Below, one piece after another: positions 46,950 to 62,809 of a DNA stretch of 64,000 bases (positions within the stretch are counted from its first letter, which is position 1; each line of letters starts with the position of its first letter). The stretch lies in the NCBI RefSeq assembly GCF_009914755.1, contig NC_060928.1; one strand, 5' to 3'. The stretch is from the human T2T-CHM13v2.0 reference genome, Homo sapiens. The notes under the pieces are model-generated. The model did not search any database. It saw nothing but the letters and a program-made list of their open reading frames with translations, and had not been told where the DNA came from. A program made the translations under genes and the position numbers.

Positions 46950-47800
46950 TTTATATTTAAAAAATAATACATACATTTTTATCGTTAAAAATTCCAATAA
47001 TACAGTAGTTAGAGCAAAATGTGAAGGTCCCCTTTGTTCAAGTCCAGTATTCTTTTAACTATTTTTCTATGTATGCGTTCTCATACACATACACGCAAAC
47101 AGTTTGAGATGGCAGGTGTTTATAAGTGGGATACTATACATACTATTTTGTGAAATGCTTTTCATGCTTAGCAACATATCTTGGAGATGTTTCTATGACA
47201 GGATCAAAAATCTGCCCAATGCTTGCAACCTGCCACATAGCTGTCCATAATATGGAAGTAAGTGTAAGTTATTAAGTCATTCCTCTAGATGTATATTGGC
47301 TTTTATTAATTATGATAGGCTAACACCTAAAACAAACAATGCTGAAACTTTGAGTAGTAAAGTTTATGGCTGAACTCACATCACAATCCAGTGTGTCACA
47401 GGGGGTGTTCTTCTTACCATGGCCCTTCAGGTCTCAGGCTCCTACCTTACCCAGCAGACAAGAAGAAAGAGAAAAGGTGAAGCCACATCCACTCTTCCAT
47501 GCCTTGCTTGGACTGGAAGTGATTTATCTCTCCTACTCAAGTTCTGTTGGCAAGATCTGGTCATATAGACCACCAAAAGGTCTGGGAAATGTGGTTGAGT
47601 TCATGCCAGGAAGTGGAAACAAGCTTTATATGCATCTAGCCAGTCTCTGCCACATAGGTCAATTCCGCTCTTTTCACTATTGTAAGCAATGGCTATAATA
47701 AACCCCTTATATGTGCACTATGCCAGTATTTCTGCAGGATAGATATCTAGACCAGTAATTGATAGACAAAAAGATGTGTAGAATGTATTTTCTAAACTCC
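46950..47800 (-). mobile_element. L1ME-like 3' fragment interrupted by an MLT1 LTR
   Basis: gggatactatacatactattttg...cttagcaacatatcttggaga...tcattcctct; resumes ttttcactattgtaagcaatgg. Confidence 0.55.
47292..47654 (-). mobile_element. MLT1 (I/J/K-like) LTR
   Basis: ctggaagtga...ctgttggcaagatctggtcata...tctgggaaatgtgg...gtctctgccaca terminus. Confidence 0.65.
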
Positions 47801-48024
47801 TATTTGAAATAGGAATATTTTAGCAGATACGTTACCTGTGTAAAGTAGCACAGTATTTCACTAGAATAGAACCGTCTTCTAGTGCACACTAAGTATACAC
47901 TAAGAAGTTGGCATTCCAAGCATTGTACAATCCAGTTTTTATCATTGAAACTTTTCTCTCTCCTATACCCCATAAGGATCCTCTTCCTCTCTCAGACTCC
48001 CAAACATGTCATGACTATTTCTTC

Positions 48025-48478
<454 letters not shown>

Positions 48479-49064
48479 TACCCTTCCTCCTCTGATTATC
48501 CCAGGCAAACTAATAATCATTCAGCAACTGAATTCTTTCAGTATTCACCTACTTTTCTGCCACCTGGCATATATGAGTTTCTATCATCATTTATCTTTTC
48601 ATGTGTATCTTGCCTCCCCATCTTGATCAATCCCAAATTGATTACAGGCAACTTGAAAACAAGAACAATATCACAGTGTTCCCTAGATCACCATCACCTT
48701 GCACAGTGCATTGTGGTGTGAGCCCTAGATACATATTCGTGATGATGCCACCTAAATTGAGCAAACTAGTGAAAGAGAGAAAGCAAAATGAAAAAAACAT
48801 CCATCCTAGTTATATAATTATAGAAGAACATGAAAGATCTTTAAAGATTAGTCAGGGGAAAAATTGCATAATAGCATTTAAAAATTCAATAACCCACAGG
48901 AAGTTGAAAAACATTTGTGAAGAGTTCATTGTAAACCCAAGATAAATGTATGTCAAATTTTAAATGCCAAGCCTGTGTATCTGTGTATGCAGCAAGGCTA
49001 AGGGAATGTGAAAGCAGATATTTCCATTTAAGAGAGCTATTTGAGAAAGAATTTTTTTAAAGTA

Positions 49065-49215
49065 GAAAAGGGAAGAAGGGAGAAAGGAGAGAAGAAAGGG
49101 AAAGGAAGGGAAGGGAAAGAAAGCGGGGAAGGAGGGAGAAAGGAAAGGAAGAAAGGAGGAAAGGAGTGAGGGGGAAAATGGGGAAAATAAAGAGAGAGAT
49201 AAATAAGAGGAAATA
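49065..49215. repeat. GA-rich low-complexity tract
   Basis: ggaagggaagggaaagaaag... purine tract. Confidence 0.9.
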
Positions 49216-49342
49216 ACCTTTCAAAGACTAGAAAGCTAGCTCAACTAGAAAGAACTGGAAAGCCCAGAAAGAATACCAGGTCATATACCAACCAAATTTT
49301 ATTAGGCCAGTTAAAAAAGAATTTTGAGGGACATTTAAAAAA

Positions 49343-49498
49343 ATTTTTTAGACAGGTTCTCACTCTGTCACCCAGGCTAGAGTGCAGTGGCACAATCAAG
49401 GCTCACTGCAGCCTTCAACCTCTGGGCTCAAGGGATCCTCCTGTCTCAGCCTCCTTAGTAGCTGGGTCTATAGTCCCCCGCTACCAGGCCTGGCTAAT
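49343..49498 (-). mobile_element. Alu right monomer (AluJ/FRAM)
   Basis: agacaggttctcactctgtcacccaggc...gggctcaagggatcctcc...cctggctaat. Confidence 0.92.
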
Positions 49499-50769
49499 GT
49501 ATGGAGCTTTTGAAAGAATGTCCAAAACCATCAGCAGAACTTGTGGATGTTACCTGTGGAACTGGTGGGACCACTTAAAGGTCATGGTGTACATTTTCAC
49601 CCAAGAACTTGGTGAGGAAGAGGAAAATGATGCTGCCTCAAATGAGCAGATGCTTGAGCTGATTTAAGGAGCTGAGGCTTTGGAAAGGGTGTTTCCTGTC
49701 TAGATGAGCAGGTGTGTGGAGATGGAGACTAGGTAGGGTGAGCAAGAGATAAAGGCCTTTATAGTTATATTTCACTTTTTCATTTATATTTTTATATTTA
49801 TATTTCACTTACTCTCTCTCTTTCTCATTTCTGCTTTTCCTTGCCTAGCTGTCTTCCACTTTCCTCTCTTACCTCAAAATTCCTATGCCTTTTTCCATCA
49901 TTCTCTCTTTGCCTTAAAGAATCCAACCCTCAAATATATACTTTTGTATGGAGTGCTCCCTGTTTCTCAAAATCTAAAATTGATGTCAACATTTAAATAA
50001 AGTATGAATGTTAAAAACATTCCATATTTCAGATGCCTCTTAAAAACAAACAAGATCTGGCAACATAAGGTCCTAGTCCCATAGAAGCAAAGAGCTAGCA
50101 CTGAGTCACTTCCGTACTTCCAGACAGAACAAGTCTCCATCCCCTCAGTCTCTATCCAGCCAGTTAGCACCGATACCATCTGCCAGGCCCATTCAGGATG
50201 AAAGTTTGCTCCCCTACAAGCATTCCTATCCCTTTTCTTTTTTCTCTCATGGAGTTTATTCCTTTCTTTCCCCAAGGTATTTATTTTCTTCTTAAATTTC
50301 CATAACCTATAACTGTGGTACATATGTTATTTACTTTGTCTGTTCCCAATTTTTAACTGAACAAATAGAAACTTTTAGTATTCTTTTTATTTCATGCCAC
50401 CTCCATACCAAATAATATGCTTTTAAATTAGTTCTTGACTATGGATAAAAATATCCTTAGCACCCATCCAAAAATGAATAAATAAAACCATTTTGCTCTT
50501 GCTTCACTGCTATTTCAAAGTTGGTACAAGTGGTGAGGTTTGTCAGTATGATAGCAGTGAAAATAACACAAGTATTTTAATATATATAGGTTTCTCTTTG
50601 ACAACCATCAATCCAGAGGTGGTGTTTGTTTGCTTTTGTAAATAGCGATTGTTTCTGTTCCTAGAAAAACAAAAATCACTTTCATGTTCTTATAATCAGT
50701 ATGAACATAAATTTAGTTCTCCTAAAACTTGTTTATGAAGAGCTTTCCAATGACTTGTCTGCCTAGACA

Positions 50770-51548
50770 TTTTCTTTCTTTTAATTTTTATTAGGTTCAG
50801 GGGTACATGTACAGGTTGTTATATTGGTAAACTCGTGTCACAAGGGTTTAGTGTACAGACTATTTCATTATTCAGGCAATAAGCATAGTACCCAATAGGT
50901 ATTTTTTTCTGACCCTCTCCCTCCTCACACCCTCCACCATCCAGCAGACCCCAGTGTGTGTTGTTCCTCTCTATGTGTACATGTGTTCTCGTTATTTAAC
51001 TCCTACTTGTAAGTGAGAACATGCGGTATTCGGTTTTCTGTTCCTGCATTAGTTTTCTAAGGATAATGGCCTCTAGTTCCATTCATGTTGCTGCAAAGGA
51101 CATAATCTTGTTCTTTTTATGGCTGCATAGTATTCCATGGTATATATGTACCATATTTTCTTTATGCAATCTGTCACTGATGGGCATTTAGGTTGATTCC
51201 ATGTCTTTGCTATTGTGAATAGTGCTGCAATAAACATACATGTGTATATGTCTTTATAGTAGAATGATTTGTATTCCTTTGGATATGTACCCAGTAATGG
51301 GATTGCTAGGTTTAATAGTATTTTTGTCTTTAGGTCTTTGAGTAATAGCCACACTGCTTTCCATAATGCTTGAACTAATTTATACTCCCACCAGCAGTGT
51401 ATAAGCATTCTCTTTTCTCTGCAACCTTGCTAGCATGTGTTATTTTTTTATTTTTTTAGTAATAGCCATTCTGACTAGTGTGAGACGGCATCTCATTGTC
51501 GTTTTGATTTGCATTTCTCCAATGATTACTGAAGGTGACCATTTTTTA
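50770..51548 (-). mobile_element. Older L1PA 3' end
   Basis: ORF 51073-51408 ([14 protein letters not shown]...YTMEYYAAIK); L1PA 3'UTR. Confidence 0.93.
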
Positions 51549-51764
51549 CACAGTCAGTTCCTGATCTGCCCAGTCTCACCCTGCATTGACAACTTCCCTT
51601 CCCATTGAGCTGTGGCTTCGTCTCTAACAGAGCTCCTCATTTACCTGTTGTTTACAGATTTGAAATTCCTTCACACAATTTTGAAGATTGTACATCATTC
51701 TGACCATATGTAACATGATGATCCTGACATCCTCCTGAAGATGTCAGGTGAGACTCACTGCTAG

Positions 51765-51870
51765 TTTTATTCATTTAGTTAAAAAATATTCCTGGATGGC
51801 CTGTTTGAGGCTACATGTTGTTCTAGGTGCTGAGGATACTGCATGAAGCATGACATAATCTCCATTCCAA
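51765..51870 (-). mobile_element. L2 3' fragment
   Basis: ttattcatttagttaaaaaatatt...gttctaggtgctgaggatac...gacataatctcc. Confidence 0.6.
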
Positions 51871-52466
51871 GAGTATATTTTTCCCATTTTTATAGGCAAG
51901 GAACCAAAGATAACTTGACATTTCTCTCAAAATCACTAATATGTAAAAGATACAATGTAATAGCAGATCCAAATTTGTTGATGTTTACATAATTTCTCTT
52001 TCCCAAGATTATGGTGCCTATTTGGATTTTTTTTTCCTTTAAAGCGTTGCTTTTCCTCCCTCCTTTTTCATCCAAACAGTTTGTCTAAATGTCTGTCTTT
52101 CATTAAATTCAATGACTATTTTATTCTCAGACCAAAAAAATCAAATGGATTGTATTATTTATCTGCTCAGACATTACTTTCTTATGGCACAGAGCTGTTA
52201 TATATGTTAATGATCTCAGGTGTTTGTACAACTCAGATCTCTTATTCTTATATTTTTAATTCTTTTCTTTTTTCATGCCTGCTTATTTCCTTTGTTTCAT
52301 CATCTCCTCACAAACTGGGGTAAAAGACTTCCAAACACAGTATTGCCAAATAGTCTCCACAGGAAATTCAGAAATAGTAATTACAGACATTCTGACATCC
52401 CCACTTGTTTAAGTAGGCATTTTAAACAAACTTGGCACAGATTCATTCACAAGTCTCTATTTTTGT

Positions 52467-52467
52467 A

Positions 52468-52505
<38 letters not shown>

Positions 52506-52528
52506 GAAGAAAAGAAAAAAGAAAAAAA
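52467..52528. repeat. Poly(A)/(GAAAA)n tract
   Basis: Long A run followed by gaaaa repeats. Confidence 0.95.
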
Positions 52529-53469
52529 TGGGTTTTGTCATTTTTTTCAGTTATACCACTTTTTAAAATTCATCACATTTCTAATATTCAAGTAGCTTCT
52601 TGTAATGTTTTACTTCTATTCACAATTACTTCCTTGAGTATTTTTTTGTATTTTAAATCTGAGGCCCAGGCAAGATTTTTTAAGTCTATTTCTAGCTGAT
52701 AATTATTTTGTTTGGGGCTCTTGGAAAATCCTTGGATGTATTGATTTTAATCACTAATAAGATGGTCATGTCATGATTTTTCTTGCAATAGTAAGCTCCC
52801 TCTCCAACCCCTTTTTATCTGCTTCCTAATTCCAATTTTCTCTTGGGCACTAATTATCTTAATCAACTGCAATCAGTAAAACAACTTTTGGTAAAGAAAT
52901 AGGCTAGTGAGATTTCATTTTTATTTCCTAAAGCTTAGATAAAATATTTTCCCCAAATATTCACTCTATACTTTTGTTCTGACGCCTGGTATACAAGCTA
53001 TCCACCAAGTTAATAGTTCAGTTTTTCAGATTCCCAGATAACAAGAAAGGAGGGTGTCTTGGAGAGAGAATTATGAGTATTCTTGTTACTACATAAACAG
53101 GTGTGCTCCAGTATAAATTAATTAGCGTTCTTGTATATCTATTAAAATCATGGGAATTTTGTCAATATGAGTCTTCAATGGAGCAGCAAATTATTTCTGA
53201 GTATACTGAGAAAACCTCATTTCTAGAATAGCAAGATTGAGGAATAGTAGTTCCTGGCAGTGGTGATATTGATAAGAAGCCCTGTCTGCCACCAGTCCTG
53301 CCACACGCACCCACCACTAGCAAAATGTGATGCCATTGCTAAGTGTGCGTCAAGCACCACACCCAATACTATGAGGCATACAATATGCAGCACTGCGGGG
53401 TTTTTAGTCAGCCCTCATGACTTTCCTTCAGGAGCCTGGTCTGTGATTAAGGGGTTGCAGAAGGGGACA

Positions 53470-53805
53470 TTTTCTTTGTTTCTTTCCTTCTTTCTTTCTT
53501 TCTTTTTTTTTTTTTTTTTTTTTTTTTGATGGAGTCTCGCTCTGTTGCCAGGCTGGAGTGCAGTGGTGCTATCTCGGCTCACTGCAATCTCTGCCTTCTG
53601 GGGTTCAAGTGATTCTCCTGCCTCAGCCTCCCGAGTAGCTGGGACTACAGGCATGCACCATCACGCCCAGCTAATTTTTGTATTTTTAGTAGAGACGGGG
53701 TTTCGCCATGTTGGCCAGGATGGTCTCCATTTCTTGACCTCATGATCCGCCTGCCTCGGCCTCCCCAAGTGCTGGGATTACAGGCGTGCACCACCGCCCC
53801 CAGCT
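53470..53805 (-). mobile_element. AluSc-like
   Basis: ctctgttgccaggctgg (1-bp deletion diagnostic), complete dimer, (tttc)n/T tail. Confidence 0.95.
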
Positions 53806-54973
53806 GGAAGGAGGCCTTTCACAATATAATTCAGATAGAAAAAAGAGAGAGACATCTTTTAACAGAATAATAACCCAGAGTACTACTAAGAACCAATCAC
53901 CTTGGCAGGGTAAAACTTGATTTTTTTCTGTAGCTTTTTTTTGGAGGTGGGGGGTGAGGGGATGCTGGGGGGAAGGTCTTGTTTTGTTTTGTTTTTACCA
54001 CAAGGCTGAACTAATGAAGGCAATTTCCCTTCCTCCACACTCATGGATTAAAAACACACTCAGGTAGCCTCGCCCAAAGAAAGAGAGAATAGAGTTATTA
54101 ACTACTGCAAACCCAAGACAGGGATGGGCGGAATCTCCATCATGAGAAGAGGCTCCCAAGCAACCAGGAATCACCAGTTTGGGAAGAAGGGATACCATCT
54201 GGAGCACAGCGCGGCAGCCACTCCTGTTTCTCCACCCAAGAAGGAAAAAAATTCCTCCCTTCCCCTTTCTCACTCCAATCAACGAACAGTGAGAGCTTCT
54301 CACAGAATGGAGACTAGACTATATTATCTTACCCTCCTGAGAGTTGAGGCACAAGAAAGAGATTAAATAATGAAAAAACCCAAAAAACAGCCTACTTTCA
54401 GGAAGCTAACAATGAAAAACAACATGGGCCAGTTTGTATAATGCTATATGTACTTTTTAAGTTTATTTAAGACCTAACATCAATACAACAATGGCTCTAT
54501 TGGGTATGGTGGGGGAGGGTGGCTGTGGGTGTATGCATGGGAGCGTATTATATTCAGTTGTAAGACATATACTGATTTTAGAAATGTTAACTAGAAAATG
54601 GCTTAATGGCCTACTAACAATGTGGATAAAAATATTGCTGCCAATTGTAATGGTGCAAATTAAATCTACGTCTAATTTCCACCACTTGTGAAAGATGTAA
54701 AAAGTGGCTAAGCAACGAACTCCATAATACACTTAGGATAGAATGCAATAAGACAAATTTTTTTTTGATCAAGATGTTTCTTCAAAAAAGAATTACTCTA
54801 TCAAAAAATCAAAAAGGAGAGAGAGAAAGAGAGAGAGAATTGCCCATACCTGAGCTGAGGTAGAACTCTGAGTTATGTAATTAGCAGCACCTTATGGAAA
54901 ATATCTATTATTCATAATAAAATGCTGAAGCAATTTTCTAATAAACTCTCACAAGATTCAAACTTCTTTTGAG

Positions 54974-55290
<317 letters not shown>

Positions 55291-55512
55291 AACTCCTTTT
55301 GAGAAATTAGAGTAACACCACCAGCTTGTAGTCATCTTGTAATAGGCCTAATGATCTTAAACTATACATGCTTTTTAAAAATATATAATATAATAATGAT
55401 TACATAACCATGCATTTCCACATAAGATACCTCTACCAAGAGGAAATCTTTGAACTGGCTTTCTTAGAAGCCTCTTCCCTATTGTAAGTTTGAAATAAAA
55501 CTTTGGCACACG

Positions 55513-55594
55513 CTCACAACTTGAGAAGCTGTAACACAAGGATGAAATCACAACTCACAACCTGAGAAGCTGTAACAGAAGGATGAAATCACAA
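55513..55594. repeat. 41-bp tandem duplication (39/41 identical)
   Basis: ctcacaacttgagaagctgtaacacaaggatgaaatcacaa x2. Confidence 0.96.
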
Positions 55595-55970
55595 GTAGGA
55601 TTGATAAACTTGATACTCCTCTGCTTCTCCCAAGGAAGACAATAAGGCTTGGGTTTGAGAGTTCACGGTGTAATGTGTAATTAGAGGAAAATCCAGGCCA
55701 AAAAAAAAAAAAAAAAAAGAGGAAAAAATTTGATTCAGTAAAAGCTAGAAGCCATGGAGGACAGATTCTCCTTTAACTGGAAAAGGGAAGCTCAGATTGA
55801 GATGAGATGAAGAAAAGCAGTTTGCAACTCAGGACACAGACTTCACTAGCAAAACTTCAGCTTTTCCACTTCTAAGAGAAGACACAATGGGGAGCAGTTT
55901 AAAAAATGTAAATTTGGAAGGACATAGGCAAAAGTATTCACACAGATAGAAAAACAAATGAAATTTTTAA

Positions 55971-57201
<1,231 letters not shown>

Positions 57202-57849
57202 AAATGAAATTTTTAAAAAGGCATATTAGAGGTTCTCTGACTCTATTCTGAATGTATGCTTTCCCTCCTTTTGTGTCTTCACCATCTGTGGCAAGGTCTC
57301 TTTGGTGGAGTTTCTGAAAGACTGCTTTCAGATAGTCATGCTGGGAATATTCTGCCGTAAAGGAACCATACAGGGGATAAAAGCAGGGCTGACCTTTTAT
57401 AGCTAGTGACCCATGAAGTATCCAAATCCCATAGTGGTAGTATCCAAGGGAGAAGTCTACTGCAAAATTTGGCCCAAGTTTACCAGATTTACTAAATAAT
57501 ATGTGCCTGCTGAGAAAGAATGTAAGGGTAGAGACTCAAACTCTCAGTCACAAAGTAGCTTTAGATGTTCCTGTGGTGGCAGAAATGGTAGAGTCTCCTT
57601 TTCCCAAAAAGATGGTGACACATTGTCAGTTTTTATATTTGCCAAGTAGCAAATATAGATTGAACAGGGTCTTCTGAAAATAGTACCCTAGCATAGGGGA
57701 CAGAATTTCAGGCGCATGGCAAGCTTTTTAAGGCTTTTCTAATCAATCAGTAGACCTCTCTCTAATTTATCAGATACTTCATCCCTAAACCAAGCAAGGA
57801 ACAAATGAAGAAACAATACCATGAATGTAAAAGAATTTAATGCTATTGG

Positions 57850-59270
<1,421 letters not shown>

Positions 59271-59284
59271 GGTTGATGATCAGA

Positions 59285-59500
59285 TTAGAAAGTCCATAAT
59301 GTGGACTCTGGAGTCAAATTATGTGGGTTCAAAATCTAGTTCTACTATTTTCCAGATGCAGAAACCTGGAATTCCCCTTTTGTAAAATAATTATGGGGCA
59401 TAGTTCACAAAATTCTGAGAATTCTGAGAATTAAATTAGGTAATCCATGACAAAATACTCCAAGTAGGCACACAGAACTCATCTGTAAGTCATTATTAAT
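59285..59500 (+). mobile_element. MIR
   Basis: tggactctggagtcaaa...gggttcaaaatctagttctacta...tgtaaaat...gagaattaaatt. Confidence 0.7.
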
Positions 59501-60047
59501 GTTTTGAATTGTTTTAATCAATTACAATGAGAATCTATCCATACATTATTTGTGTAATTGAAAAAATACCATCAAAGCACTCTTTAACTAAAAGTACAAA
59601 TTGAGGGCTGTAAGAATTCAGAAGAGACAGAAACCTTTATAATTATTCTGCCACATCCTAAACCTGCTTCTCTCTTGAATGTAACAAATGCAAACACATG
59701 AATCACAAATCTTGTTGGATAAAACCACAAACTAATATTTGTACTATGTCTCCCTCTTTTATAAAAATATATAGAAAAGAAAAGCATTTCTACACCAATT
59801 AACAAAATTAAATATTTATAACTCTTATAAATAAATTTGTTTCCTTTTTAATTTGGCAAGTTAGACACGTTTATAAAGAATTTTACTGAAGAGTCCCTTG
59901 GTAACTGAAGCAGACTCCAAATTCTGTAGAAATAATTCCCATCCATGGAAAATACATATTTTCTCAATGATCATTTTTATTTTAAAGTTATATTTAAACT
60001 TTCACAAGACATGTTTTATCAACCATTTATTTCTAACAACAATTATT

Positions 60048-60683
60048 CTTTTTACACCATTGGTGGGAGTGTAAATTAGTTCAACCATTATGGAAGACAC
60101 TGTGGTGATTCCTCAAGGATATAGAACCAGAAATACCATTTGACCCAGCAATCCCATCACTGGGCATATACCCAAAGGATTATAAATCATTCTATTATAA
60201 AGACACATGCACATGTATATTTATTGCAACACTGTTTACAATAGCAAGGACTTGGAACCAACTCAAATGCTCATGAATGATAGATTGGATAAAGAAAATG
60301 TGGCACATATAGACCATGGAATGCTATGCAGCCATAAAAAAGAATGAGTTCATGTCCTTTGCAGGGACATGGATAAAGCTGGAAACCATCATCCTCAGCA
60401 AACTAACACAGGAACAGAAAGCAAAACATTGCATGTTCACACTTATAATTGGGAGCTGAACAATGAGAACACATGGACACAGGGAGGGGAACATCACACA
60501 CCGGGGCCTGTCAGGGGGTTGGGGGAAAGGGTAGGGAGAGCACTGGGACAAATACCTAATGCATGCAGAGCTTAAAACCTAGATGACGGGTTGATAGGTG
60601 CAACAAACCACCATGGCACATTTATGCCTATGTAACAAACCTGCACATTCAGCACATGTATCCCAGGACGTAAAGTTAAAAAA
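60048..60683 (+). mobile_element. L1PA (about PA7-8) 3' end
   Basis: ggagtgtaaattagttcaacc...tgtaacaaacctgcacatt...taaagttaaaaaa. Confidence 0.95.
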
Positions 60684-60702
60684 GTCGGGGGGAGGAGGGG
60701 TC

Positions 60703-60880
60703 AGTGCTACATGACTTTGTCAGAACATAAGAATCATCTGGCAGCTTATTGGAAATAAAGATCCCCAGGCCCCCACCCTTGGATAATCTGATGCAATTGG
60801 TCTAGGATGTGACAAAAGAATCTGCTGTGACAGGTACCCTGGGCAATTCTTAGGAAGTTGGGAAAACCTGAGCTAGATTA
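60703..60880. mobile_element. MER5-like hAT DNA transposon remnant
   Basis: cataagaatcatctggcagcttatt...ccccaggcccccacc...tctgatgcaattggtctagg...gaatctgc. Confidence 0.7.
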
Positions 60881-61189
60881 TCTGTTTCATGAGCTACATT
60901 ATCTGTGTCCTGAGCTATGTCTCAGTTTCACAGGAAGCAGCTGATCTATAAGGTGAAATGTTTCTGTGTATCAGAAAAAAAAATTACAAATTGTGTTCTT
61001 GCTCCTCTGCACAGCCAAACTTCTTGAAAGAGTTGCCTACAAATGTGACGTCTATTTCTTCATTTCCCAAAATCTTTTTTTTTTTTAAGGAAATGAAATG
61101 TCTTGATACGTGTTGGATGACCTTTTCTTCTTTATTCTTGTACCTCAAATTTATCTTGGGTAAATTGGACCCTTTACCTTTCAATAGAA

Positions 61190-62120
61190 TGTATGGTCAG
61201 CTTATCAAGATCTATAAAAAAAATTACACTAAATTATATGGACAATTTGAGGAGAATTGTCACTTTTCCAATATTGAGTTCACTCACCCATATTGAGTTC
61301 CAGGGCCATGGTTGTACATAATTTTCTCACTCCATGCCCTTCAAGAAACTTTCAGAATTTTCTTCATAAAAGTTATATGTGGTTTTTATAGATTTATTCT
61401 TAAGTAACTTTTAGCTTTTATTGCTAACCTGAATGGAATTTCATGAGTGTGGGTGTGAGTGTGAATGAAACAGAGGAAGAAATACATTATACAAAGAGAA
61501 GAAATATGAAACATCATGATTTTAAAAACAGCAATATAAAACACCCGTCTGCTTCCTTCTCCACAAGAAATAGGACTTAACAGAAGCTTATGTGTTCCTC
61601 TCTGATCTTATTAGCCTCCCTCCTCCACACTTATAATCTCTATCTTAAATTTTGTGTTAAACATTCCAGTACTTCTCCTTACAGTGTTTTTACCTATGTA
61701 TGTTCCCATGAACAATGCATTGATTAGGTTTTGATGGTTTTCAACTCTATAAATAAAATCGTGTTTTTGCAATTCAGCCACATTAATGCATGTGATGGTT
61801 ATTCAATCATTTTCACTGTGTGGTACATTTCATAGTATGAATATGCCAAATTTTATCTGTTCTCCTGTAGATAACTATTTGGGTTATTTTCATTTCAGGA
61901 CTAAAACAAATAATGCTCCTATGAACAAAGCTAGGCAGTATCTTCTGGCGAATATACCGGTTTTTCAAAGGTCTATGGCTGCGAGTGAAAATGGTGAATC
62001 ATAGTGTCTGCTTATGTTCAAATTTAAAGCTATTTTTCAAAGTGATACACCAAATTACACTCCAACATTGTCTGAGAGTTTCTGTTGCTCCACATTATTA
62101 AAAACAGCTGGTATAAGGCT
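61190..62120 (-). mobile_element. Ancient L1M/L1ME fragments
   Basis: aatttgaggagaattgtcactttt.caatattgag; tatttgggttattttcatttcagg; ttgctccacatt. Confidence 0.6.
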
Positions 62121-62149
62121 AATTGTGTTTTATATCCACAAACTTTTTT

Positions 62150-62809
62150 TTCCATGTGTACATTTCACCTAGCTCCCATTTATAAGTGAAAGCATACAGT
62201 ATTTGACTTTCTGTTTCTGAGTCATTTCACTTAAGATAATGGTCTCAAGTTTCTCCCACGTTGCTGCAAAAGACATAATTTCATTATTTTTTATGGTTGA
62301 ATATTATTCCATTGTATACATATACCACAACTTCTGTATCCACTAACCCACTGATGGACACTTCCGGTGATTCCATGTCTTTGCTACTGTGAATAGGGCT
62401 ATCATAAGCATACAACTGCAAGTATCTTTTTGGTATAATGATTTATTTTCCTTTGGGTAGATACCCAGTAGTGGGATTGCTGGATCAAATGGTAGTTCTA
62501 CTTTTAGTCCTTTGAGAAATCTCCACACTCTTTTCCATAGAGGTTGTACTAATTTATATTCCCTCCAGCAGTGTGTAAGCCTTCCCTTCTCTCTGCACCC
62601 TCACCGGCATTTGCTATCTTTTGTATTTTTAATAATACCATTCTGATAGGGTAAGAGTATATCTTATTGTAGTTTTCATTTCCATTTATCTGATGATTAG
62701 TGATGTTGAGCATTTTTTTCATGTGCTTATTGGCCATTTGTATGTCTTCTTTTGAAAAATGTCTATTCATGTCCTTTGCCCACTTTTTGATGTGGTTGTT
62801 TTGTTTTGC
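62150..62809 (-). mobile_element. L1PB-like ORF2 end/3'UTR fragment
   Basis: ORFs 62549-62770 ([19 protein letters not shown]) and 62343-62528 ([24 protein letters not shown]). Confidence 0.9.

Noticed and set aside
51723-51748. 9-bp inverted repeat cctgacatc/gatgtcagg
   Set aside because: Short enough to be expected by chance in 64 kb
59412-59431. Tandem TTCTGAGAA (STAT-like) sites
   Set aside because: 9-bp micro-duplication within a MIR; a motif match alone is insufficient
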